Assembly (NCBI GenBank): GCA_965223845.1 | Contig: CBDCXR010000004.1 | Location: forward strand, 480,001-544,000 | DNA length: 64,000 bases | Reading direction: 5' to 3' | Source of the DNA: Planctomycetota bacterium | GTDB taxonomy: Bacteria; Planctomycetota; UBA8108; SXIK01 | In this document: piece by piece, positions 55,894 through 64,000 of the stretch | Layout of the letters: each line of letters opens with the position of its first letter | Numbering within the stretch: the stretch's first letter is position 1 | Notes under the pieces: model-generated | Seen by the model: only the letters and a program-made list of their open reading frames with translations | Database searches by the model: none | What the model was told of the DNA's origin: nothing | Made by a program: the position numbers and the translations under genes

Positions 55894-57741
55894 ATGCGCG
55901 TTTCGAATTCGGTTCTCTTCTCGAGCGCGGTGCTTTCGGCCGCGGTGCTGTTCGGCGCCCGCGGCGGCGTCTTCGCGGACGATGCCAAGACTCCCGCGAA
56001 GACCGTCGGCGCTCTTGAGACGCTCATCCCAGCCGACGCGGTCGGATTTCTCACGCTCAAGGATCTTCGCGGCACGATCGACTCGTTTCCCGGCTCTGAT
56101 CTTCACCGCTGGGTGACGTCGCACCCGCTCTATTCGCATGTGCTCGGAACCCGCGACGTGAAGAAGGGACTCGACCACTTTCGTCGCGCGCAGTCTTCCG
56201 TCGGGATCGACCTCGTCGACCTCGCGAAGGACTTGTTCGGGGCTGAGGTCGGCATCGGCGCGTACCTCGATCTCGGCGGCCCGCGCTTGGTCGCCGTGTC
56301 CCGCCTCCGGGACCCGGAGCGGGTCAAGAAGAAGTTCGCCGTGATCCTGAGCGGATTTCGCGAAGGAACGGAGGATTCAGTCCGCGGCGAAGTCACCGAG
56401 TACTCCGGGTATTCGATCGAGACGTTTCCCTTTCTTGCGTACTCGTTGGTCGACGACGTGCTCGTCCTTGCGAGCGAGCTGTCGCTCGTCGAGGAGGTGA
56501 TCGACCTCCGGCGCGGGAAGGGGAACGGATCCGTGGCCACGTCGGAGAGCTTTGCGGCGGCGTTTCCCGCGCCGTCCGGACAAGTGCGGCTCGCTGTACG
56601 GCCGAAGTTTCTTCCCTCCTACCGGCTGCCGACGAAGATGGGCGAGCCGCTTCCGAGCCTCCTCATCGGCGGCTGGCTCCATCAACTTCGAGAAAGCGAT
56701 CTCCTCCAGCTTTCGCTCCGCCTCGACGAGCGCGGCGTGCGACTGAGCGGCTCTACGCACCACGGGACGGACGGGATGTCGGAGCGCGTCGCACCTTGGT
56801 TCCCCGCGGTCTCCGCCGATCGCATCGTCGACTCGATTCTCGCCGAGAGCGAGCTCGCCTCGTTTCGCATCGGTCGCGACCTCAGCGCGTGGTGGGCGGC
56901 GCGGGAAGAGAACCTGACGAGTCGAGCGCTGCGCGGACTGTCGGACTTCACTCAAGGGATGACCTTCGTCTTCGGCGGGCGTAACTTCGAAGACCAGGTT
57001 CTTCCGGAGATCGCAGCCCCGATCACCTTCGTCGCGGCGCCACAGGATTACTCGAGCCTCGACGCCGTCCCGCAGCCGGCGATTCCGGAGTTCGCGTTTG
57101 TCGTTCCGCTCAAGAATCCCGAGACGTTCGGGGACACTCTCCTCTCGTCCTTTCAAAGCGTGGTCGGATTCCTTCGGACCACGATGACGCAGAACCGAAA
57201 GGACGGCGGCTACGTCGACATGCTCCTCAAAACGGAACGCGTCGGGGACCGCGAACTTCACTACGTAAAGATCAGTGCGGGCGAGTCGGATCTCTCCTCA
57301 CTGCTCCGCAACTTCTCCCCGAGCATCGGGACGGTCGGCCGCTACTGTGTGCTCAGCTCGACGAAAGCGCTCGGGACGCGTCTCGTCTCGGAGCTCGGCG
57401 GATCGGCCCACTCCGATGCGAAGTCTTCGGATCGCTCCCCGAAGAACCGTAGCACGCGATCGTCCGTTCGTGCCGCGGGCGACACGCTCCGCGTGAGTGG
57501 GGCGGGGGTCCGCCGCGCGCTCCGCGACAATTACGACCTGTTCGTCGCGAAGAACATGGCGGAGAAGGGTGCTTCGAAGGCGGCTGCCGAGGGCGAGATC
57601 GACACGATTCTTTCCGTTCTCGACGTCGTCGGCGACGTCCGCTTTCGCGCGACGAACCACTCCGACCGACTCGGTCTAGAGCTGCGCGTCGGACTGACGA
57701 AGTCGCTCCGGAAGGAAGGTGCGACCCAGCCGACGAACTGA
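55894..57741 (+). CDS. Secreted hypothetical protein (DUF3352-like)
   Basis: AAAGGA RBS, signal peptide ending VFA-D, LIPADAVGFL N-terminal motif. Family call tentative. Confidence 0.7.
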   Translation: MRVSNSVLFSSAVLSAAVLFGARGGVFADDAKTPAKTVGALETLIPADAVGFLTLKDLRGTIDSFPGSDLHRWVTSHPLYSHVLGTRDVKKGLDHFRRAQSSVGIDLVDLAKDLFGAEVGIGAYLDLGGPRLVAVSRLRDPERVKKKFAVILSGFREGTEDSVRGEVTEYSGYSIETFPFLAYSLVDDVLVLASELSLVEEVIDLRRGKGNGSVATSESFAAAFPAPSGQVRLAVRPKFLPSYRLPTKMGEPLPSLLIGGWLHQLRESDLLQLSLRLDERGVRLSGSTHHGTDGMSERVAPWFPAVSADRIVDSILAESELASFRIGRDLSAWWAAREENLTSRALRGLSDFTQGMTFVFGGRNFEDQVLPEIAAPITFVAAPQDYSSLDAVPQPAIPEFAFVVPLKNPETFGDTLLSSFQSVVGFLRTTMTQNRKDGGYVDMLLKTERVGDRELHYVKISAGESDLSSLLRNFSPSIGTVGRYCVLSSTKALGTRLVSELGGSAHSDAKSSDRSPKNRSTRSSVRAAGDTLRVSGAGVRRALRDNYDLFVAKNMAEKGASKAAAEGEIDTILSVLDVVGDVRFRATNHSDRLGLELRVGLTKSLRKEGATQPTN

Positions 57742-57827
57742 ACCCGGCCTCTCCCCGCGCGGACGCGACTCGCGCCCGCGCGGGACGGCAGTCGAACACC
57801 CGCGGAAGCGATCGCACGGAGACGCCG

Positions 57828-59105
57828 ATGACAGAGACGAACGCCACCATTCAGCCGTACCGTCCGGGAGTCGACGGACCTTGGGGACGCGCAGAGGCGT
57901 CGCATCTCGTTCGCCGCCTCGCATTCGGCGCGCCGCCCGAACTCGTCGCGGCAGCGCAGTCGGCGAGCCCGAACGCCGCCGCGGAAGACCTCCTCCGCCT
58001 TCGCCCCGAATCGGAAGACGTCGAGTTCGTCCGCGCGAGAGTCGAGCCGCAGCGCTCGATCGCCGCCGTTCAGGGCGCGTGGCTCTACGCGATGATGCAC
58101 TCGACGAATCCGGCGCGGGAAAAGCTCGCCCTCTTCTGGCACGGCCACTTCGCGACATCGGATCGAAAGATCGAGCAACCGAATCTGATGCACCGTCAGA
58201 TCGAGCTCTTCCGTCGACTCGGCGCCGGTGGGTTCGGCGAGCTCGCGCACGCGGTCGCGAAGGATCCGGCGATGCTCCTCTGGCTCGATGGCAACTCGAA
58301 TCGGTCGGGACGGCCGAACGAGAACTTCGCCCGCGAGCTCATGGAACTCTTCACCCTCGGAATCGGAAACTACACCGAAGCCGACATCAAGGAAGCCGCT
58401 CGAGCGTTCACGGGTTGGCACGTTCGCAACGGCGAGTTCGTGTTCGAGCGCCGCGCGCACGACCGCGGAGAGAAGACCGTCTTCGGCCGATCCGGCGCGT
58501 GGGAAGGACACCAGATCGTCGACTTCTGTCTCGAGAAGGCCGCGTGCGCGCGGTTCATTGCGACGAAGCTCTACGAGTTCTATGTTGCGCCGAACCCGTC
58601 GCCCGAGCTCGCCGCTGCGCTCGCCGAGATGTACGAGGCGGGGGGCAAGTCCACGGCGGAGTTCGTCGCGAAGCTCTGCTCCTCGCGGGCCTTCTTTGCG
58701 CCGGAGGCGCGGCGCGCGCTCGTGGCCTCGCCGGTCGACTTCGCCGTGGGGGCACTCCGGACGCTCGGCGGCTCGACGAGCGCGACCGAGCTCGCCGAGA
58801 GTCTCGCGGAAATGGGACAAGACATCTGCCGCCCGCCGAGCGTGAAAGGTTGGAAGTCGGGGCTCGATTGGCTCTCGTCGACCACGCTCGTCGCTCGGAT
58901 GCGATTCGCATCGACCTTCGTCCGCGCCGGGCGGCACCACACGCACATCGCTTGGACGGATCTCGCTCAGCCGTCCGTCATCGAGCGATTCTTCCCCGAG
59001 GGACTCGACTCGAAGACGCAGGAGGCGGTGATCGAAACCGCCGAGGCCGACCGCGCGGCAATCGCCGAGGGCTGCCTCCAGCTTCCCGAGGCGCAGTTCG
59101 TTTGA
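57828..59105 (+). CDS. DUF1800 family protein
   Basis: HLVRRLAFG, EKLALFWHGHFATS, DPAMLLWLD, PNENFARELMELFTLG, ARAFTGW, PPSVKGW. Confidence 0.93.
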   Translation: MTETNATIQPYRPGVDGPWGRAEASHLVRRLAFGAPPELVAAAQSASPNAAAEDLLRLRPESEDVEFVRARVEPQRSIAAVQGAWLYAMMHSTNPAREKLALFWHGHFATSDRKIEQPNLMHRQIELFRRLGAGGFGELAHAVAKDPAMLLWLDGNSNRSGRPNENFARELMELFTLGIGNYTEADIKEAARAFTGWHVRNGEFVFERRAHDRGEKTVFGRSGAWEGHQIVDFCLEKAACARFIATKLYEFYVAPNPSPELAAALAEMYEAGGKSTAEFVAKLCSSRAFFAPEARRALVASPVDFAVGALRTLGGSTSATELAESLAEMGQDICRPPSVKGWKSGLDWLSSTTLVARMRFASTFVRAGRHHTHIAWTDLAQPSVIERFFPEGLDSKTQEAVIETAEADRAAIAEGCLQLPEAQFV

Positions 59106-59169
59106 GACGGTTCGACGTTCCACCACTCGTTCAAAGACCGCTCACGTAGCGGAAAGCGAGGACTCGACT

Positions 59170-60414
59170 ATGAATCTCTCCCGACGCCAATTCCTGAGCG
59201 CGACGGCGCTCGCGGGTCTCACGCCCGTCCCGCGCGTGCTCCTCGAAGCCGCACTCCGGCCGCGGGCGAACGACGAGGACGCGACGACACTCGTCGTCCT
59301 CCAGCTCTCGGGTGGGAACGACGCGCTGAACACCGTGATCCCGGGTGAGGATCCGATCTACCGGCGCGAACGGCCGACGCTCGCCGTGGGCGAGGAGCGC
59401 GTGCTCTCGCTCGCGCGTGGAGCTTTCGACCCGGCGGGCGTGACTCTCTCGGGCGCCGCCCAAGCGGAACACATCGGATTCCATCCGGAGATGAAAGCGC
59501 TCTGGGAGCTCTACGGAGAAGGACGCGTCGCGGTCGTGCAGGGAGTCGGCTACCCGAATCCGAGCCGATCGCACTTTCGCTCGATGGACATCTGGCACAC
59601 CGCGCGTCCCGACGTCGAAGATACGGAGAGCGGCTGGCTCGGGCGCACGATCGACCGCCACTCGGGGGCGATGTCCGCCGTCGACATCGGTCACGCCGCG
59701 CTGCCGCTCGCGCTTCGCGGGGAAACGGAGGTCCCGAGTCTGCAGAATCTCGACTGGCTCGACGAGCTCGCGTCACCCGAGGGTCGACGCGTTCGCAGTC
59801 GGCTGCGCGCGCTCCACGCGGCCGGACGAACCGGGCCCGCTGAGCGCGTGCGTCGGCTGGCCGTATCGACCTTCGCATCGCTCGATCGTCTCGTCGAGCT
59901 GCGCAACCGGCCCGTGCCTGTCGAGTACCCCGATTCCCGTCTCGCCGACCGATTGAAGTGGGCGGCGCAACTCATCTCGGGTCACTTCCCCGCGCGCGTT
60001 CTCTACCTCTCCCTCGGCGGGTTCGACACCCACGCGCAACAGCGCGAGCACCACGAGCGTTTGCTCCGCGACCTCTCTGGTTCCGTCGCCGCGTTCTTTC
60101 GCCACCTCGAGGCGCAGAGCGAGGAGAAGCGAGTGACCGTGCTCGTCTTCAGCGAGTTCGGCCGGCGTGTGCGCGAGAACGGCAGCCGGGGGACAGACCA
60201 CGGCGTCGCGGCGCCGCTCTTTCTGATCTCGGGCAAGGTCCGAGGAGGGGTGTACGGACCGCACCCGCGACTCGACGACCTCGACGACGGCGACCTCCGG
60301 TTCCACACGGACTTTCGCCGGATTTACGCGACGCTCCTCGACCGCTGGCTCGGGGTGGGGGACTCGAAGACGCTTCTCGGGGGCGAGTTCGCTCCGCTCG
60401 ACGTGTACGCGTAG
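59170..60414 (+). CDS. DUF1501 family protein with a Tat signal
   Basis: SRRQFL Tat motif, LSGGNDALNT, VGYPNPSRSHFRSMDIW, GGFDTH, SEFGRR..ENGS.GTDHG, DFRRIYAT. Confidence 0.93.
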   Translation: MNLSRRQFLSATALAGLTPVPRVLLEAALRPRANDEDATTLVVLQLSGGNDALNTVIPGEDPIYRRERPTLAVGEERVLSLARGAFDPAGVTLSGAAQAEHIGFHPEMKALWELYGEGRVAVVQGVGYPNPSRSHFRSMDIWHTARPDVEDTESGWLGRTIDRHSGAMSAVDIGHAALPLALRGETEVPSLQNLDWLDELASPEGRRVRSRLRALHAAGRTGPAERVRRLAVSTFASLDRLVELRNRPVPVEYPDSRLADRLKWAAQLISGHFPARVLYLSLGGFDTHAQQREHHERLLRDLSGSVAAFFRHLEAQSEEKRVTVLVFSEFGRRVRENGSRGTDHGVAAPLFLISGKVRGGVYGPHPRLDDLDDGDLRFHTDFRRIYATLLDRWLGVGDSKTLLGGEFAPLDVYA

Positions 60415-60645
60415 AGATCGGCGTGTCGACTCGACTCGAATCCCGGGTCCGGGTGATGTCTGCCCTCGCGGAGAGGCCGCGGACCGCGCACTCTCGTGTC
60501 GCTCCGAGGGGCCAGGGGCGCCGCGCGGGTCGCGGCGGAGGCCGGCTCGGCCCGAGCGCGAGCTCAAAGTGTCAGATTCTTGGGCGATTGGCATCTACCC
60601 CCGGTGGCGACGCCGCCTAAGTCGTTAAAATCGAATGGTTTAGGT

Positions 60646-60661
60646 TGGCACGCGCGTTGCT
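60646..60661 (+). promoter_or_regulatory. Sigma54 (RpoN) -24/-12 promoter with an upstream AT-rich IHF-like element
   Basis: TGGCAC-GCGCG-TTGCT matches the consensus exactly. TAAGTCGTTAAAATCGAATGGTTTA lies at 60618-60642. Confidence 0.8.
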
Positions 60662-60671
60662 CTACAATCCA

Positions 60672-60788
60672 GTGAGACCCAAAACCCTAACCCAACCCTT
60701 CCTCATGATTCCTCCTCCGAGGAACCTTCCTCTTCCGAGGGCGGGGGCCGGTGGCGCAAGCCACCCGCCTTCGCCCTTCGTGCCTTTT
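60672..60788 (+). ncRNA. Putative sigma54-dependent small RNA with C/U-rich anti-SD-like motifs
   Basis: Begins ~12 nt after the -12 box. Three TTCCTC motifs, hairpin TTCCTC-CTCC-GAGGAA, long GCAA-capped stem at 60737-60778, then TTTT. No credible + strand gene before the convergent gene ending at 60827. Confidence 0.55.
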
Positions 60789-60826
60789 AGGGGGGCCGGG
60801 TTTCTCGCGCGGTGACCCCTCGCGCC

Positions 60827-62056
60827 TCACTCCGCGAGCACTTTGCGGATGAGTCCCGACGGGAAGAACCCGGGATGACCGCGCCACCGAATCGTGCCCG
60901 CGCGATCGATCACGACGAGTCCCGGCAGGCTGTTCGCGAGATACGCGTCCCACACTCGATCCTCCGGGACAAACGCGACGTCCATGAACTCGAATCCCGT
61001 CTTCTCGATGTAGAGCTCCGGGCTCTCGGTGCTCTTCGGGTCGTTGGGATCGATGACGCCGAGCCACGCGACGCCCTCGTCGCCCCAGGTCGCGATCAGC
61101 CGGCGAAGGTTGGGCGCCTCTTTCGAGCAGTTCGTGCACCACGTGGCGACGAAGACGAGAATGCGGACTTCGCCGTCGAGTGAGCGGATGCCGGTCGAGT
61201 CGACGACTCCGTTCAGCCACTTCGCGGCGCGGAGCGGAGTGTACGGGCGACCGACGATCGAGAGCTGGCGAAGGTATTTTTGCGCGCGCTTCACGTCGGC
61301 GGTGCGATCGGGAAAGTCGCGAATGACTCGCGCGTAAGTGCGCCGCGCGGCCGGGATCTGATCGAGCCCGGACTGAACGATGCCGACGCGAAGAAGCGAA
61401 CGCGAGCGCGCGGGGTCCGCCGGATACTCATCGAACGCTCGCGCGTACTGAGCGAGCGCTTCGTTCTGTTTTCCGAGCATCAGCAGCGTCGATCCCGTCA
61501 TGTAGGTCGCGGACGCGGCTTTCGGGGCGCGCGGGTGCTCCTTCGTCACGGCGCGGAAGGTCGCGAGTGCGGTCTCGAGCCGCTCGATCCCTGTCGCTTC
61601 CGACACCGGCTTCTTCCGCAGATTCTGCCCCTGCAGATACTGCGTTTGACCGACTTCGAATCGGAGCTCAGCGCGCACGTCGCCGATCGGATTCTTCGCG
61701 AGACCGTCCGCGAGCACGGCGAGTGCTTCGTCGTATTGATACTGTTTTCGCAGGCTGCGGACTCGCTCGACGACGGCCTCGGCAGAGCGGAGACCCGGTC
61801 CGGAGGACGCGCCGCCGCCATCGGTCGCGGGCGAGGATGGCGATTCGTTCTGCTTCGTCGCGTCGCCGTCGCCCTTCGTCGAGGCGTCGCTCGCCACCGG
61901 CGTCGTAATCGCGTCCACCGCGGTCGTCGGATTCGCATCCGGGGCCTTCTTCTCCGGCGGCGCGCCCGAGTCTCCGGGCTCTCCGGAGCAAGCGGGAAGT
62001 GCGAGCGCGACGACGAGGAGAACGAGGGCGGGGATGACGGCGGCGGCGGAGCGCAT
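60827..62056 (-). CDS. Lipoprotein with TPR repeats (CpoB/BamD-like) fused to a TlpA-like thioredoxin domain
   Basis: Lipobox LPAC, disordered linker, TPR helices (ATYMTG...EALAQY...EYP), ATWCTNC CxxC and the cis-Pro segment SLPGLVVIDRAG. Confidence 0.85.
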   Translation of the reverse strand: MRSAAAVIPALVLLVVALALPACSGEPGDSGAPPEKKAPDANPTTAVDAITTPVASDASTKGDGDATKQNESPSSPATDGGGASSGPGLRSAEAVVERVRSLRKQYQYDEALAVLADGLAKNPIGDVRAELRFEVGQTQYLQGQNLRKKPVSEATGIERLETALATFRAVTKEHPRAPKAASATYMTGSTLLMLGKQNEALAQYARAFDEYPADPARSRSLLRVGIVQSGLDQIPAARRTYARVIRDFPDRTADVKRAQKYLRQLSIVGRPYTPLRAAKWLNGVVDSTGIRSLDGEVRILVFVATWCTNCSKEAPNLRRLIATWGDEGVAWLGVIDPNDPKSTESPELYIEKTGFEFMDVAFVPEDRVWDAYLANSLPGLVVIDRAGTIRWRGHPGFFPSGLIRKVLAE

Positions 62057-62355
62057 GAGCAGACCTCAGGGGGTGGGAATCGAGTCTCGTTTGGGGGAGG
62101 TGTCGCCGCCCTCTCGCGGCGAGCACGAATGACGATTCTACGGAGGGATCGGATCCTCATGCGACTCCGTTCGGTCACCCGCCGGCGAGACTCCGCTGCG
62201 CCTCCGGTCGCCCGGTGCGCGGACGCGACCCGGTACCGAAGATGTACCTCGCCGCGTCACGAAACGTAGCTCGAACGTCCTTCCGTCGCGCGCGCCCTTC
62301 GCGGATCTCGATGTAACTCGATCCGTTCAAGCAACTTACGCATTCGTCGATCGCT

Positions 62356-62371
62356 TGGTTTTCGATTTGCT
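62356..62371 (+). promoter_or_regulatory. Candidate sigma54 promoter for the 62435 lipoprotein gene
   Basis: TGGTTT-TCGAT-TTGCT has correct GG/GC spacing. Upstream AT-rich GTAACTC...TTCAAGCAACTTA element. Confidence 0.5.
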
Positions 62372-62434
62372 CCTCCGATCGGCTCCGGTGGCGCGCTCGA
62401 GTTCCGCCGTCCGACCACGCACCCTCTCGCGCAC

Positions 62435-63910
62435 ATGACGAAACTATCCCTACCGTTTGTCGCTCTGGGACTTTTGAGCGCGCTCAGCGGCTGCGCGGCG
62501 CCGGGGACCTCCGGCGATTCCGTCCACTTGTGGCCGCTCTACGACCGAGACACCACCTCGGGTGATTCTCTCGAAGTGCTCTGGCCGCTCTACTCGCACG
62601 AGATCAACGGTCCGGAAGACTATCGGGTGAGGCAGGTCCCGCTCTTTGCGTGGGAGCGCGACGGCGCGCACCGGGAACTCGACGTGCTCTGGCCGCTCTT
62701 TAAGCTCTACTTCGGTGATGATCGTCGTGGTGGTCGCCTCGCACCGCTCTACTTCCACCATCGCTCGCCGGCGAAGAACTACGACGTCGTCTTCCCGATC
62801 CTCTGGTGGTGGCACGACGAGGCCTTCCATCTGTGGCCGCTCTATTCCTGGGACGAAGACGGCGGCCACGGAACTCTCTGGCCGCTGATCGGGTTCAGCT
62901 CGGAGAGGACGAAGATCCTTCCGTTCTTCTATTCGAAGCGGACGGAGGAGGAGCGCACGCTTTTCGTTTTCCCGTACGGATCGCGGACCGAGGGCGACGA
63001 GCGAACGCGTTGGATCGTGCCGTTCTACCTCGAGCACCGCGGGCCGGTCGATCACCTGCGTCTCGTCCTTCCGTTTTGGTACAACGCGAAGAACACGGCG
63101 GCCGACACGCGCGGCCGCGTGGTCTTTCCGTTCTACTGGGACTTTCGGCGCGAAGAGGACTACACGACGGTCGTCGCGCCCGTCTACGGCCGGCGGCACA
63201 CCGCCGCAGGTCGCGATACGCAGTTCATCGCTCCACCGCTCTATATTTACGACCGAGACCGAAGCGCGGCGCGCTCGTCGCATCACCTTCTCTGGCCCTT
63301 GTTCGAACGCGGATCTGGTACGGACTACTCGCGCACGCGCGTGTTCCCGTTCGAGTACGGCTGGGAGGAATCGGTATCGGACGCGGGCGAAGAGGGCGAA
63401 GGCGAGAACCGAATCCGCCGGTCACACTTTCGGATCTACCCGCTCTACTTTGCGAACCATCGATCGAACGGAGCGGGCGAGACGGTTCGCCACCACACGC
63501 TGTTTCCGCTTTGGTGGTACAAGGACGATCCGGTCGCGAAGCGCAGCCACAACGTCGTCTTTCCGCTTCTCTGGCACTACCGATCGGAGCATCGCGCGAC
63601 GGACTTTCTCTTTCCGCTCCTTTGGGTCCAGAACGATCTGCGAGAGGACGAGCAGTATTACTCGTTCCTTTGGCCTCTCACCTGGTACCGCACATCGCCT
63701 CGTACGAGTGATTTCAGATTCCTCTGGAAGCTCATCGAGGTGACGAACGATCGGGAAGCGGAGCGAAGTCACTGGGCGCTGAATCCGATCGTCCGGATGG
63801 AGCGGGTCGGTGAAGACGAGAGGCGCTTCGATTTGCTCGGCGGACTCTTCGGCGTTCGCGTCCGCGAGGGCGAGACGTCGCTTCGATTCTTCTATTTTCT
63901 CGAGATCTGA
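62435..63910 (+). CDS. Lipoprotein built of aromatic (hh-W/F-P-L/F-aromatic) repeats
   Basis: Lipobox LSGC and more than 20 motifs such as LWPLY, VFPFY, LFPLW spaced about 12-20 aa apart. Confidence 0.8.
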   Translation: MTKLSLPFVALGLLSALSGCAAPGTSGDSVHLWPLYDRDTTSGDSLEVLWPLYSHEINGPEDYRVRQVPLFAWERDGAHRELDVLWPLFKLYFGDDRRGGRLAPLYFHHRSPAKNYDVVFPILWWWHDEAFHLWPLYSWDEDGGHGTLWPLIGFSSERTKILPFFYSKRTEEERTLFVFPYGSRTEGDERTRWIVPFYLEHRGPVDHLRLVLPFWYNAKNTAADTRGRVVFPFYWDFRREEDYTTVVAPVYGRRHTAAGRDTQFIAPPLYIYDRDRSAARSSHHLLWPLFERGSGTDYSRTRVFPFEYGWEESVSDAGEEGEGENRIRRSHFRIYPLYFANHRSNGAGETVRHHTLFPLWWYKDDPVAKRSHNVVFPLLWHYRSEHRATDFLFPLLWVQNDLREDEQYYSFLWPLTWYRTSPRTSDFRFLWKLIEVTNDREAERSHWALNPIVRMERVGEDERRFDLLGGLFGVRVREGETSLRFFYFLEI

Positions 63911-63915
63911 CTCGC

Positions 63916-64000
63916 ATGGACCGCAACGCCCGCCGCGAGGCGCAGAAACGGATCCGCCGCATCGGCGAGTTCCGCGAGGAGCTCGCCGAGCTCGAGCGGG
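63916..64000 (+). CDS. 3'-truncated gene, possibly a DUF2157-type membrane protein
   Basis: ATG 5 nt after the upstream stop; MDRNARREAQKRIRRIGEFREELAELER runs off the window. Confidence 0.55.
   Translation, partial: MDRNARREAQKRIRRIGEFREELAELER

Overview
A 64-kb high-GC bacterial chromosomal window with about 46 genes. I found no rRNA, tRNA, CRISPR array or mobile element. Gene content suggests a Planctomycetota/PVC organism (inference): DUF1800/DUF1501 pair, long-form GreA, and exported proteins with a C-terminal 'F-x-RGD-x-N/D' dockerin-like module. Housekeeping genes: gap, rbsK, greA, rpmH (49 aa, missing from the ORF track), kdsD, ubiE-ubiX-ubiA/mqnP, murQ, tatD. Best candidates for undescribed biology: (1) an orphan consensus sigma54 promoter that appears to drive a ~115-nt sRNA with three anti-Shine-Dalgarno-like UUCCUC motifs (60.6-60.8 kb); (2) a co-oriented cluster of lamin-tail lipoprotein, beta-barrel with a poly-Lys loop, VTC polyphosphate polymerase and a Tmk-fold kinase fused to ten ~27-aa helical repeats (23.3-32.4 kb); (3) a membrane pseudokinase with a ~195-aa (D5-WG-D6-SS)n tail; (4) a MamK-like actin with no magnetosome genes nearby; (5) five lamin-tail-domain proteins, one with a CotH kinase domain, sharing one C-terminal module; (6) an SDR plus two PTPS-II genes (possible tetrahydrobiopterin operon); (7) a 324-aa histone-H1/Hc2-like protein with no acidic residues. 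All family calls come from motif recognition by eye; no database searches were run.
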